Positions 27,763 through 37,751 are shown, counted from the stretch's first letter. The stretch: DNA of 64,000 nucleotides from an uncultured Pseudomonadota bacterium (GCA_903921785.1 CAIXRH010000045.1:4366-68365); one strand, 5' to 3'. Notes: a model not told the origin generated them from the letters alone. Numbers and translations: made by a program.

Positions 27763-28017
27763 ATGGACATCGACGACCTCGACTTCGACACCCTCCGGGC
27801 CCTCCACACCCGCCTCGCGGTGCCGTCCGGTCCCGAGGCGCCGCGTGAGCTCCTCCGCCAGCACGACGTCGGGGTGCACGTCGAGGTGCACCGGCAGGAG
27901 GGCGAATACACGCCGCTGCCGATGCCTGCGGCGCGTGAAGACGAAGACAGCCACCCCGCCGTACGGCGTTCAGGGCCGGTGATCGTGATGCGCTTCAAGG
28001 AAACGAAGGTCGCTTAG
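27763..28017 (+). CDS. small hypothetical protein (84 aa)
   Basis: A track ORF with a plausible promoter and SD upstream and mixed acidic composition (MDIDDLDFDTLRALHTRL...). I recognise no family. Confidence 0.45.
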   Translation: MDIDDLDFDTLRALHTRLAVPSGPEAPRELLRQHDVGVHVEVHRQEGEYTPLPMPAAREDEDSHPAVRRSGPVIVMRFKETKVA

Positions 28018-28024
28018 CGACGGT

Positions 28025-28073
28025 GTCGCGACGATAGATGCTACGTCGCGACGCGACGCAACACGTCGCGACG
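28025..28073. repeat. three copies of palindrome (C)GTCGCGACG at an exact 20-bp period
   Basis: GTCGCGACG occurs at 28025, 28045 and 28065, and a partial GTCGC at 28077. The array lies in the 85-nt gap between two convergent stop codons (28017 and 28103). Confidence 0.7.
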
Positions 28074-28102
28074 GATGTCGCAAGCGCAGGGCGAGAGGGC
28101 GG

Positions 28103-29440
28103 TCAATCGACCGCGACCAGCATCCCCTCTTCGCTCCACAACCACACCGATCCGCCGACCCGCGCCGCGCCATCCGCGGGGATGGCCAACGACCGGTCGT
28201 CGACGAGCGTGAGGCTTGATTCCTCGGGATCGCCCAGCCGCACCCCGGGGATCCGCCAGGATTCGGGACGAATGGCGCGACGATCGCGACGTCGCCAGCG
28301 CTCGGTCCCGTCGAGCGAGAAGGCCGCGGCCTGGCCGTCGAAGGTCTGGACGGTGACCCGATCCTCGTCCACGCGAACGAGATCGACGCCGTCCTCCCCG
28401 GCGACGAGGCCGTGGGCGAAGGTGGCGCCGTCGAGGACGTGGACGACGGTGTCATCCACGACGACGACGCGCACCCCGTCGGTGGCCGCGGTGCCTTCGC
28501 CAAGATCAGCACGGAGGACGACCCCGTCGGTGAGCCGGCGGACGGCGCCGCCCGGACCCGCGAGCCAACCGCCCCGGCAGCTCGGCGACGCCCCCGCAAA
28601 ACCCTGGGCCACCGCGGCCCCCTCGGCGTCCACCAGTCGCCCCGTGGTCCGTTCCCAACGGACCGGCCCGGGGGCGTAGCCGACCGGGACCGCGGCGCCG
28701 TCCCAGCGACGGAGCACCCGAGCCGTCGCGAGGTCCACCTCCACGACGCCGGCTTCATCCGCCGCGAGGGCGAGGCGGCCGTCGGGCGAGAACCGCGCGC
28801 CCTCCACGTCGATCTCCTGGCCGAGGCGCCGGACGATCCCGGGCGACGCGACGCAGAGCGTGTCGCTCTCGACCGCAGCGAGGACCACCCCGCTCGGGCC
28901 GATCGCGAGCGCCTCCACGCCGCCGGCCGGCCCCAACGGGCACGGCGCGCCGCCCTCGGCCTGTCGGAACAGGCGCTCCCGATCGATCCACACGAGCCCC
29001 GCACCCTGGGAGAACGGCGCCGCAAACCGCGCCCGCGTGGCTGCGAAAGGCAGCTCGATCGCCGCGCCGTCCCCGACGCGTATGTAGGCGGACTCGGGCA
29101 CGGCGACGACCAGCGCTGTCCCCTCCCCTGGCAGCACCTCCAGCGGATCCCCGGCGTCTACGCTCAGCAGATGGCGGACGGCGCGGGTGGAGAGGTCGAC
29201 CTCCGCGACGCCAAGCGCCATCGCCACGGTCCAGGTGGAGGGGCCGGGGCAGACGTCGGTGATCACATCCGGGAGCTGGAGCGTGAAAACCTCACCCCCT
29301 TCGAGCCAGAACAGCACGTCGCGGAGCGCCCAGCCGATCCGCAGGCCGTCCGCGCCGAGCCAGTCCGGGACGCCGGCGGCGAGGAGGCGCGTAGGGACGT
29401 CGGCGGCGAGGTGCAGGCGCATCCCGCCCTCGTAGCTCAC
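28103..29440 (-). CDS. hypothetical repeat protein (beta-propeller-like)
   Basis: Track ORF of 445 aa with recurring short strand-turn units rich in G/D/V/A (e.g. FSPDGRLALAADEAGVVEVDLATARVLRRW). It overlaps the upstream gene by 4 nt. Confidence 0.65.
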   Translation of the reverse strand: MSYEGGMRLHLAADVPTRLLAAGVPDWLGADGLRIGWALRDVLFWLEGGEVFTLQLPDVITDVCPGPSTWTVAMALGVAEVDLSTRAVRHLLSVDAGDPLEVLPGEGTALVVAVPESAYIRVGDGAAIELPFAATRARFAAPFSQGAGLVWIDRERLFRQAEGGAPCPLGPAGGVEALAIGPSGVVLAAVESDTLCVASPGIVRRLGQEIDVEGARFSPDGRLALAADEAGVVEVDLATARVLRRWDGAAVPVGYAPGPVRWERTTGRLVDAEGAAVAQGFAGASPSCRGGWLAGPGGAVRRLTDGVVLRADLGEGTAATDGVRVVVVDDTVVHVLDGATFAHGLVAGEDGVDLVRVDEDRVTVQTFDGQAAAFSLDGTERWRRRDRRAIRPESWRIPGVRLGDPEESSLTLVDDRSLAIPADGAARVGGSVWLWSEEGMLVAVD

Positions 29441-30582
29441 CCCGGGTCGAGCAGCGTCCCCCCGACCCGGCGCGGGGTGCCCATCATCGCGAAGAGGATC
29501 GCGTCCGCGAGCGGGGCGCTCCCGAGGGCCTTCCCTGTCTTCCAGTGAGTCGCACCGTCCACCGTCTCCGGCTGGCCGATGAGCGCGGCGCTCGACTCAA
29601 GCTGTCGCGCCGTGCGCTCATCCCCGGCGGCGCGGGCCGCGCCGATGGCGAAGCCGGTAGCGCTGACGCCCATCCCCGCCACGATCGGGCCGGAGTCGAT
29701 GTCCCCGCGGCCGTCCACGCCCGGCGCATACTCACGCATCGCGACGAGCGGCCCCATGGAGACCAGGAGCTGGTCCCGCCCGGAGAAGTAGAGGTCCTTC
29801 GCGAGGTCTGGGGCCCAGAAGGAGAGGAACCACGAAGCGAGGAAGGTGCCCGAGCCGCGGGCGACCCCGGGGGAGCCGTCGGCGCGGGCGGTCTGAGCGA
29901 GCATCCCGTCGACGATCCAGCGGTCCCGGAGCGCGGTGCGCCACCGCGCGAGCACGTCAGGTTCGGGACGGCCGGTGGCCTTCGCCCACAAACCAACGCT
30001 CGCGACGCCCGCGGCGACGTCCACCGGGTAGCGCTGCCCCGGGTAGGTCTCGGGGAGCAGGTCGGCTTCGAGGCGCCGGACGATCGCCTCGCTGAGCTGA
30101 TCGTTGAGCGCCGCCCAGCGGCCTTCCGGCTCCAGGGCGCGGCGGGCGCTCAGGTCCAGGTTGGTGTAGCCGAGCCAGGCGGCGTGCCCGGTGGTGCCAT
30201 CGAGCGCCTGGAGGGGGTCGACGCCCCACTGGCCGGTGTCGAAGGCGCGGCCACGGTCGGAGACGACCCGCTCAAGACAGAGGTCCATGCTCGCGAGATC
30301 GCTGGTGCGGGCGTCGGGGTGGGTGGTGGCGTGCTGCGCGAAGCCGAGGGCGGCCATCTGCCAGGCGCCGAAGGTCCACTCGTCGTCGAACAGGTCGCTG
30401 CCGGTGTCCGGGGCGCCGCCAGGCAGCGCCGGGTCGAGCCACTGGGCGACGCCCGCGGCCTGGGCCGTGATCGGATCGGCGGCGGCCGGCTCCCGCTCAA
30501 GCACGGCCGGAACGCCCGCCATCGCCACGCCGAAGCCAAGGAGGAGGAGCCCCATGAGGGCACGATAGCGCCAGTTCTTCAT
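29437..30582 (-). CDS. hypothetical secreted or membrane-anchored protein
   Basis: Track ORF of 381 aa with the signal/anchor MKNWRYRALMGLLLLGFGVAMAG and balanced, Trp-rich composition. I recognise no family. Confidence 0.65.
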   Translation of the reverse strand: MKNWRYRALMGLLLLGFGVAMAGVPAVLEREPAAADPITAQAAGVAQWLDPALPGGAPDTGSDLFDDEWTFGAWQMAALGFAQHATTHPDARTSDLASMDLCLERVVSDRGRAFDTGQWGVDPLQALDGTTGHAAWLGYTNLDLSARRALEPEGRWAALNDQLSEAIVRRLEADLLPETYPGQRYPVDVAAGVASVGLWAKATGRPEPDVLARWRTALRDRWIVDGMLAQTARADGSPGVARGSGTFLASWFLSFWAPDLAKDLYFSGRDQLLVSMGPLVAMREYAPGVDGRGDIDSGPIVAGMGVSATGFAIGAARAAGDERTARQLESSAALIGQPETVDGATHWKTGKALGSAPLADAILFAMMGTPRRVGGTLLDPG

Positions 30583-30672
30583 GGTCGCTGGCGTAGCCGC
30601 GACGCTCGGACGGCGAGTGCGGCGGAACGGGCGACGATGTGCAAGCCCGGTGCAACGCGGCTACGCGGCCGC

Positions 30673-32280
30673 ATGCCCGCCTGCGTCGCCGATCTCATCG
30701 TGCATCACGCCCACGTCGTCACCCTGGACACCGCGGCACCGTCGGTCGAGGCGTTGGCGATCCGCGGCGAAACGATCGTGGCGGTGGGCACGGACGCGGA
30801 GATCGCCACGTGCACCGCCCCGCGCACCCTCGATCTGCACGGCGCCACCGTGCTCCCCGGGTTCATCGACGCCCACGCCCACCCGGGCGAGAGCGGCATG
30901 GAACGGGGCCTGGTGAACCTGGAGGACGTGGCCACGATCGACGAGGCCGTCGCCCGGGCGCGAGCGTGGCGGGCGGCCAACCCCGACCCGACGTGGATCG
31001 AGGGGGGCGGCTGGGACACCACCTCGTTCCCCGACGCCGTCCCCCTCCCGGCCCTGGACGCCGCCTTCGGGGACACGCCGGTGTACTTCGCCTCGGCCGA
31101 CGGCCACTCCGGCTGGGCGAACTCCGCCGCGCTCCGCGCCGCGCATCTGCTCACCGGGCCGGACCCGGCCGGTGGCGCGGTCTTGCGGGGGCCGGACGGC
31201 GCGCCGACCGGCGTGGTTCGGGAGACCGCGACGGACGTCGTGACCGCCGCGATCCCCACGCCGCCCCGGGCCACGATCGACGCCGGGCTGCGCGTCGCCC
31301 TCGGCGAGCTCGCCCGCTTCGGGATCACGTCCGTCGTCGAGGCGGCCAGCGACCCGGACCTGCTCGCGGGCTGGCGGCGGCTGGAGCGGTCCGGCGCGCT
31401 CACCGCCCGGATCTTCGCGGCGGTCCCGGTGGAGCCGGGCGAGGGGGCCGCGGGCGTGACGCGCGTGGCCCGCCTCGCCCGCCGCTACCACAGCGATCGC
31501 CTGCGGGTGGACGCGGTGAAGCTCTTCTTCGACGGGGTGGTCGAGACCGAGACCGCCACCCTGGTGGCGCCCTACCTCGACGGCACCAACGCTCCGCCGC
31601 AGTTCACCGACGCGGAGCTGGACAGCATCCTCCCCGCGGCCGCGCGCGCCGGCCTCGCCGTCCACGGGCACGCGTTGGGGGACGGCGCCGTGCGCCAGGC
31701 GTTGGACGCGGCGGCACGGGCGGCGGTGCGTCCGAGGATGATCCTCGCCCACCTCGAGCTGGTGGACCCCGCGGACGTGCCGCGCTTCGCCTCGCTCGGC
31801 GTCGTCGCGGACCTCCAGCCGTTCTGGGCGTACCCCGATCCGTACGTGACCACCGGGACCGTGCCCGTGCTCGGCCCCGAGCGCGTCGCGCGGCTGTACC
31901 CGTTCGGCGACCTCCTGGGCGCGAGGGCGCTGCTCGCGGCCGGCAGCGACTGGTCGGTCACGACGCTCGATCCCTGGCCGGCCATCGAGGTGGCGGTCAC
32001 CCGCCGCGATCCCGAGACGCCCGGCGAGGCGCTCGCCCCGGATCAGGCGCTCCCGCTCTCGGCGATCCTCGCCGCGTACACCACCGGCGGCGCCCACGCG
32101 GTGGCGATGGACGGTCGCCTCGGCGTGCTCCGCCCCGGCGCCTACGCCGACTTCGTCGTGCTCAACCGCGACCCGCTGACGACGCCACCGGCGGACCTCT
32201 CGACCGTGAAGGTGACGCAGACGTGGATGGGCGGGCGGATGGTGTGGGACGCGGCCCCGCCGGACGGGCTCGAGCGCTGA
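30673..32280 (+). CDS. amidohydrolase-family metallohydrolase (YtcJ/Amidohydro_3-like)
   Basis: The ATG at 30673 (alternative at 30637) lies within track ORF 29545..32280. It has LPGFIDAHAHP near the N-terminus, VHGHALGDGAV, and a C-terminal AGSDWSV...GxxADFVVL pattern. Confidence 0.85.
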   Translation: MPACVADLIVHHAHVVTLDTAAPSVEALAIRGETIVAVGTDAEIATCTAPRTLDLHGATVLPGFIDAHAHPGESGMERGLVNLEDVATIDEAVARARAWRAANPDPTWIEGGGWDTTSFPDAVPLPALDAAFGDTPVYFASADGHSGWANSAALRAAHLLTGPDPAGGAVLRGPDGAPTGVVRETATDVVTAAIPTPPRATIDAGLRVALGELARFGITSVVEAASDPDLLAGWRRLERSGALTARIFAAVPVEPGEGAAGVTRVARLARRYHSDRLRVDAVKLFFDGVVETETATLVAPYLDGTNAPPQFTDAELDSILPAAARAGLAVHGHALGDGAVRQALDAAARAAVRPRMILAHLELVDPADVPRFASLGVVADLQPFWAYPDPYVTTGTVPVLGPERVARLYPFGDLLGARALLAAGSDWSVTTLDPWPAIEVAVTRRDPETPGEALAPDQALPLSAILAAYTTGGAHAVAMDGRLGVLRPGAYADFVVLNRDPLTTPPADLSTVKVTQTWMGGRMVWDAAPPDGLER

Positions 32281-32315
32281 AGGTCGGCGCGCCGCGGGCC
32301 CCCGTCGGAGCGCCG

Positions 32316-32417
32316 CCGCGGCGCCCGCCACCGGAGCGCTGACCGCCTCTCGAAGCGCGACCGTGCGCTAGAAAACCGTGGATTGAAGCGCCGAGGGTGG
32401 GGATGCGCCCCACCCGT
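32316..32417 (+). repeat. repeat family C, copy 2
   Basis: It aligns with 19519-19609 and ends in a perfect hairpin GGGTGGGG-ATGCG-CCCCACCC (32397-32417). It lies between convergent genes. Confidence 0.6.
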
Positions 32418-32449
32418 GACCGTGGCGGGGCCGGCCCCAACCCGCAGCC

Positions 32450-34174
32450 TCAGCGCTCCTTCACCCGCTTCACCGCCTCCGCCACGCTCGTCGCGAAGCT
32501 GATGGCCTCGGACTCGACGATCTCCGCCTTGTCGAGCAGCTTCCGCGGCTGCACCTGCACACCGGCGAGGATCACGTGGGTGTGCGCGCCCTCGAGCCGC
32601 TCCAGCGCGGATTCCAGGCCGACGAGGCCGGTTGCGTCCATCGCGGGGACGGACTCCATGTCGAGGATGACGATGCGCTTGTGGTCCGCGACCGTGCCGA
32701 GCGCGCCCATCGCCTTCTCGGCCGCGCCGAAGAAGAGCGGGCCGGCGATCTGGTAGAGGATCACGCCCTCGGGCAGCGGCTCCCGCAGAACCGGGTCGTC
32801 GTCTCCGACCACGCGCGCCCCGGAGATCTCCGCCATGCGCCGCATGAACAGCAGCGCAGCGAGCATGATCCCGGTGGTGACGGCGATCACCATGTCGAAC
32901 ATCACCGTGAGGCCGAAGCAGGTGAGCAGCACCGACACGTCGGACTTCGGGGCGACCCGGAGCACGTGACGGAAGTGCTTGATGTCGGACATGTTCCAGG
33001 CGACGAGCATGAGCAGGGCCGCCAACGCCGCCATGGGCAGGTAGGCGAGGAGCGGCGCCAGCACGAGCATCGCGGCGAGCACGAAGACCGCGTGCACCGC
33101 CGCGGCGACGGGAGACCGGCCGCCCGCGCGGATGTTCGTGGCCGTGCGCGCGATGGCCCCGGTGGAGGCGAACCCGCCGAGGAACGGCCCGACCACGTTG
33201 GAGACCCCCTGGGCGAGCAGCTCCGCGTCGGGATCGTGGCGGGTGCCCGCCATGCCGTCGGCCACCACCGCGCTCAGCAGCGACTCGATGGCGCCGAGCA
33301 TGGCGATGGCGAACGCCGCGGGGAAGAGCTCCTCGATCAAGTCAAAACTGAGGCCCAGGGGCTGACCATCGCCGCCCGCATAGGACCAGGGCGCCTGGAA
33401 CGCCGGGAGCGCCGACGGGATGCCGTGGCCCCCGTCGTAGCTGAACTTCGTCCCGATCGTCTGGATGGGCAGGTGCAGGACCGCCGCGACGACCGCCGCG
33501 AGGGCGAGCGCGATGAGCGGCGCGGGGACGCGGGTGGTGATCCGCGGCCAGGTGAAGAGCACGGTGAGGGTGAGCGCGCCGATCCCGAAGTCTGCCGGGG
33601 AGACGGTGGGCAACGCCTGCACGATGGTGGCGATGCGCTCGACGAAGTGGTCGGGCATCTTGTCGATCGTCAGGCCGAGGAAGTCCTTCACTTGCAGCGT
33701 GGCGATGACGACGCCGATGCCCGCCGTGAACCCGGTGGTGACCGGGTGGGGAATCCACTGGATGAGCCGCCCCATCCGCGCGAGGCCAAGAATGAGCAGG
33801 ATGAAGCCCGCCAACATCGTGGCGACCATCAGCCCGCCGGGCCCATGCTTGGACGCGATGGGCGCGAGGATGACGACGAACGCCGCGGTGGGGCCGCTGA
33901 CCTGGGTGCGCGAGCCGCCAAGGACGGCGCTGAGGAACCCGGCGACGATCGCGGTGTAGAGCCCGTGCTGCGGGGGCATGCCGCTGGCGATGGCGAGCGC
34001 CATGGACAGCGGCAGCGCCACGATGCCCACCGTGATCCCGGCCATCACGTCGGCGCGGAACTTCGCCTTGGAGTAACCTTCCTTCCAGGCCTCTCGGAGC
34101 GCGGCAGCGGGGCGGGCCCCGACATCGAGCGCGGAGAGGGTCGATTCGTATCGAACCCGCAGTCGCCGTAGCAC
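32450..34174 (-). CDS. SulP-family anion (sulfate/bicarbonate) transporter with C-terminal STAS domain
   Basis: SulP blocks are present: DVMAGITVGIVALPLSMALAIASG, GLYTAIVAGFLSAVLGGSRTQVSGPTAAF, TTGFTAGIGVVI. The C-terminal STAS-like part reads VILDMESVPAMDATG. Confidence 0.9.
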   Translation of the reverse strand: MLRRLRVRYESTLSALDVGARPAAALREAWKEGYSKAKFRADVMAGITVGIVALPLSMALAIASGMPPQHGLYTAIVAGFLSAVLGGSRTQVSGPTAAFVVILAPIASKHGPGGLMVATMLAGFILLILGLARMGRLIQWIPHPVTTGFTAGIGVVIATLQVKDFLGLTIDKMPDHFVERIATIVQALPTVSPADFGIGALTLTVLFTWPRITTRVPAPLIALALAAVVAAVLHLPIQTIGTKFSYDGGHGIPSALPAFQAPWSYAGGDGQPLGLSFDLIEELFPAAFAIAMLGAIESLLSAVVADGMAGTRHDPDAELLAQGVSNVVGPFLGGFASTGAIARTATNIRAGGRSPVAAAVHAVFVLAAMLVLAPLLAYLPMAALAALLMLVAWNMSDIKHFRHVLRVAPKSDVSVLLTCFGLTVMFDMVIAVTTGIMLAALLFMRRMAEISGARVVGDDDPVLREPLPEGVILYQIAGPLFFGAAEKAMGALGTVADHKRIVILDMESVPAMDATGLVGLESALERLEGAHTHVILAGVQVQPRKLLDKAEIVESEAISFATSVAEAVKRVKER

Positions 34175-34194
34175 GGACGACGGCTAACCCGATC

Positions 34195-35706
34195 TCAGCT
34201 GATCGTCCCCAGCGACTTGACCCACCGGCCGTACCAGGCGATCCCGAGCGCCGAGAACACCCCGATCCCCGCCATCACCCACCAGATGACGCCGGGATTG
34301 TGGTGTTGAAGGAGCATCGCGGTGACGTCGTGCGAAGGGAGGTGCAGACTGTCGACCAGCTTCTGGAAGGCTTCGCCGTTGGGGATCTTGTCGGCGTCGG
34401 CCTGGCTCATGCCGTTCTGGACGAGCATCTCGCGAGAGAACAGGTCCTTGCTGGCGAACGTACCGTAGAGCTTCATCCCGAGCTTGCCTTCGAGCGTCCA
34501 CCCCAGCGCGATGGGAAACTGCGCGAAGCCAAGGTACATCGCCTTCTTGTCGGGCGGGGCAAAGTTGCCCACGTACTCGGAGAACTTGGGGCTCGACATC
34601 ATCTCGCCCACCGAGAAGATGCAGATCGCGGCGAGGGACACCCAGCCGAGCGTGGAGAACCCGGAGAGGATCATCGCGACGCTCGCCAGGAGCGTGCCGA
34701 GCACCATCGAGTGGATCGCCTTCATCAACCCGGACAACCACGCGAAAAAGAAGCACGTGATCATGATGATCATCGAATTGATGTTCATCATCCCCTCGGG
34801 GAGGATTTCCGTGCCGTCCTTGTTCATGATCACGAAGAAGTTCACGATCGGGCTGTGGGCGGCGCCGCCGCCGAAGAGCGTGATGACGATGTCGCGGGTG
34901 TCGACCCAGTCGTCGATGTGGGCGGGGAGCACATCGAACAGGGCGTTGAACATGAACCAGAAGCCCGAGAAGATGAGGAGGTACGGCCACACGTGGGGGC
35001 GGGAGATCTCCTTGAACGTCTCGGCGAGGTAGTTCGGCCGCGCCACCCCGTTGGCGTTCCGCGCCAGCCGCGCCTCCTTGCCCGGCTCCTTGTACAGGAG
35101 CAGAAAGAGGAAGTTAAACGCGATGATCCCGGCGCAGGCCAGGAAGACATAGCGCCACTCCATCTTGCGCATGTACCCGGCGACCAGCGGCCCGAGGAAG
35201 CCGCCGATGTTCACCGTCTGGTAGAAGATACCCCAGGCCAACGAGGAGTTCTCACGCCTGGTGGCGTTGACCAGCGTGCCCTGGATGCCCGGCTTGAAGA
35301 TGGCCGTGCCCGCCGCGAGGATGATCGCGCCCACGAAGAAGCCCCAGTAAGTCGGGAACGCGGCCATCGTGAGGTAGCCGCAGATCTTGACCACGGTCGA
35401 GGCGGCGATCGTCTCCTTGTAGCCGAAGCGGTCGCTGAGCCCGCCGGTGAAGATCGGCAGCCCGGCCTGCACCATGGCCCAGAACATCAGCAGGGTCCCG
35501 AACTCGTCCATCGTCACGCCGAGCCCGCCCTTGGACACCGGGTCCTTGGCGTACAACGTCGCGACGGCCTTGACCCCGTAGTAGGCGAGGCGCTCGACCA
35601 TCTCCATCCCGCCGACGATCCAGAAGACGTACCCGAGGGAGGCGACGCCGGCGGCGAGGCCAAGCTGTTTGACGTCGTCGGTCGCGGACTGGGGCTGGGT
35701 CGCCAT
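34195..35706 (-). CDS. POT/PTR2-family proton-dependent oligopeptide transporter (MFS)
   Basis: Track ORF trimmed to the ATG at 35706. It has the ERLAYYG motif (MEMVERLAYYGVKA), GGLSDRFGYK and FKPGIQGT (compare FKPN of POT). The protein is polytopic. Confidence 0.85.
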   Translation of the reverse strand: MATQPQSATDDVKQLGLAAGVASLGYVFWIVGGMEMVERLAYYGVKAVATLYAKDPVSKGGLGVTMDEFGTLLMFWAMVQAGLPIFTGGLSDRFGYKETIAASTVVKICGYLTMAAFPTYWGFFVGAIILAAGTAIFKPGIQGTLVNATRRENSSLAWGIFYQTVNIGGFLGPLVAGYMRKMEWRYVFLACAGIIAFNFLFLLLYKEPGKEARLARNANGVARPNYLAETFKEISRPHVWPYLLIFSGFWFMFNALFDVLPAHIDDWVDTRDIVITLFGGGAAHSPIVNFFVIMNKDGTEILPEGMMNINSMIIMITCFFFAWLSGLMKAIHSMVLGTLLASVAMILSGFSTLGWVSLAAICIFSVGEMMSSPKFSEYVGNFAPPDKKAMYLGFAQFPIALGWTLEGKLGMKLYGTFASKDLFSREMLVQNGMSQADADKIPNGEAFQKLVDSLHLPSHDVTAMLLQHHNPGVIWWVMAGIGVFSALGIAWYGRWVKSLGTIS

Positions 35707-35836
35707 CGTTCCTCGGGAGGGAACCGGAGCGTACCCCGATTCGTGAACCAGGGCGCCATACACCCTCCGCGCACCGTGCCAACCCTCTCAGGCGCAACGA
35801 CCGTCAGCCCTCCGCGGGAGCGCCGAGCCGCCGTAG

Positions 35837-35870
35837 CCGTGGCCGCCCATAGCGGCTATCGGGGCCACGG
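35837..35870. promoter_or_regulatory. nested palindrome abutting the start codon of the sulfatase-like gene
   Basis: The outer arms are CCGTGGCC (35837-35844) and GGCCACGG (35863-35870). The inner arms are ATAGC (35849-35853) and GCTAT (35855-35859). The ATG is at 35871 and no obvious SD is present. Confidence 0.3.
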
Positions 35871-37751
35871 ATGACGTCCCTGCCCAGCCGCCTCGAGCTC
35901 GTGGTCGCGCGCGTGGGCTTCGCCGCGGCGGGGGCCGCGGCGTTCGGGGTGTTCGAGGCCGCCCGCTCCCTCCGACAATGGCCGTTGGGGCTGCACTTCG
36001 GCGGCGGCGCGTTGGTGATCGCCCTGGGCGCGCTCACGTCGGGCGCGGTGGGCGCCGGGGTGGGCCTGCTGCTCGCGCCGTTGCCCAACCGGCCGCTCGG
36101 GCGCTCCCGCTGGCTCGCGTTCCTCGTGGGCGTCGCCGTGCCCGTGGCGATGTACCTGTACGTGCTTTTGTTCACCGACCCGCCGCCGTTCCAGGCGCCG
36201 GCGCCCGGCCACGGCAGCGTCCCCGTGTTCGCCGGGGTGCTGGTGGCGCTCGCTGCGGCGGTGATCGGCCTGTACCAGGGGGTCCGCGGCGCGAACAGCG
36301 TCTCGACCGCCGCGCTCGTGCTCGCGTCCGCGGGCGGCGCCTGGGCGTGGACGGGCGGCTCCCCGGCCCCCGCGCCGGCCAAGACCGCGCCCAGCAGCCG
36401 CCCCAACATCCTCCTGGTCACCCTCGACACCACGCGCGCCGACCGGATGGGCGCGTACGGCAACACCAGCGTGGACACCCGCCACTTCGACGCGGTGGCG
36501 GCCGCGGGCGTCCGCTTCGCCAACGCCACCGCGGTCGCCGCGGTGACCGGCCCCAGCCACACCGCCATGCTCACGGGCACCGGCCCGTGGGACAACGGGG
36601 TGCTGCTCAACGGAATCCCCATCCCGGCGACGACGCCGCTTTTGAGCGAGCGCCTCCGGGCGTCCGGCTGGCACACCGGCGCGTTCGTCAGCGCCTACGT
36701 GCTCGACGGAACCCTTGGTTTTTCCAGGGGCTTCGAGGTCTACGACGACGACTTCGGGCTGGTCCCCGGGCTCTCCGAGCTGCTGGTGCCCCGGGCGATC
36801 ACCATGGCCCACCGCCACGCCGACCCCGACTGGATCCTCGAGCGCCGCGGCGCCGACACCGTCGACCACGCGATGTCGTGGATCGGCGACCAGGACGGCC
36901 CGTGGTTCGCCTGGGTCCACCTCTTCGACGCGCACGGGCCCTACGCGCCTCCCCCCCCGTTCGACACCCGCTACTACGCCGGCGACCCGCGGGACCCCGC
37001 CCACACCTCCATGGCCAAGGTCAGCGGGATCGCCAGCTACCTTCTGCCGTCCCTCAAGGGCATCACCGACCTCGACTACGTGCTGGCCCAGTACGACGGC
37101 GAGGTGAGCTACGCCGACAGTCAGCTCGGGCGGCTGCTCGAAGCGGTCCCGAAGGACACGCTTCTGGTGGTGGTGGGCGACCACGGCGAGGCGCTCGGGG
37201 AGCACGGCGTGTGGTTCAACCACGGGGACGACCTCTACGAGACCTCGCTGCACGTGCCCTTCGCCGTCCGCTGGTCCGGCCATCTGGAGCCGCAGGTGAT
37301 CGACCACCCGGTCTCCGGGGAGGACGTGGCGCCGACGGTGCTCGCGCGGGTCGGCCTCCCGCTCACCGGGATGACCGGGGTGGACGCGATCGACACCGCC
37401 CGCGCCGCCGCGCCGTCGATGTGTTTTGACCGGGACACCAACCTCGCCGAGCGGAAGGCGGGGCGGATCACCCAGCCGAAGTGGCGGCTCGCCGCCGACC
37501 GCACCGAAGCCGGGCGCTTCGTGGAGCGGGAGATCGACCACCGCCACGAGGCGTTCGACCTCGCGCTCGATCCCCTCGGCCTGCAAGACGTGAACGCGGC
37601 CTGGGCCGCCGACCCCGCTCGCGCCGAGGCGCTCGCCGCCCAGGGCAAACGCACCGCCAGCCTGCTGGAGCGGGACACCAGCCGCTCCGCCGTGGAGCTC
37701 TCCGACGACGAGACCGAGAAGCTCAGGGCGCTCGGCTACCTGGAGCAATGA
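35871..37751 (+). CDS. membrane-anchored sulfatase-like hydrolase/transferase (alkaline-phosphatase superfamily)
   Basis: The N-terminal 160 aa or so hold several TM helices. The sulfatase-fold blocks follow: PNILLVTLDTTRAD, VVVGDHGEALGEHG. At the formylglycine position the motif reads VTGPSHTAMLTG, i.e. Thr replaces Cys/Ser and His replaces Arg. Confidence 0.85.
   Translation: MTSLPSRLELVVARVGFAAAGAAAFGVFEAARSLRQWPLGLHFGGGALVIALGALTSGAVGAGVGLLLAPLPNRPLGRSRWLAFLVGVAVPVAMYLYVLLFTDPPPFQAPAPGHGSVPVFAGVLVALAAAVIGLYQGVRGANSVSTAALVLASAGGAWAWTGGSPAPAPAKTAPSSRPNILLVTLDTTRADRMGAYGNTSVDTRHFDAVAAAGVRFANATAVAAVTGPSHTAMLTGTGPWDNGVLLNGIPIPATTPLLSERLRASGWHTGAFVSAYVLDGTLGFSRGFEVYDDDFGLVPGLSELLVPRAITMAHRHADPDWILERRGADTVDHAMSWIGDQDGPWFAWVHLFDAHGPYAPPPPFDTRYYAGDPRDPAHTSMAKVSGIASYLLPSLKGITDLDYVLAQYDGEVSYADSQLGRLLEAVPKDTLLVVVGDHGEALGEHGVWFNHGDDLYETSLHVPFAVRWSGHLEPQVIDHPVSGEDVAPTVLARVGLPLTGMTGVDAIDTARAAAPSMCFDRDTNLAERKAGRITQPKWRLAADRTEAGRFVEREIDHRHEAFDLALDPLGLQDVNAAWAADPARAEALAAQGKRTASLLERDTSRSAVELSDDETEKLRALGYLEQ

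Noticed and set aside
28099-28114. GCGGTCAATCGACCGC, a palindrome resembling the che-upstream site core (CGGTCGTTCGACCG)
   Set aside because: Only the GGTC/GACC arms are shared and the spacer differs. It overlaps a stop codon in a convergent gap with no che context, so it is probably a coincidence of GC-rich palindromes.
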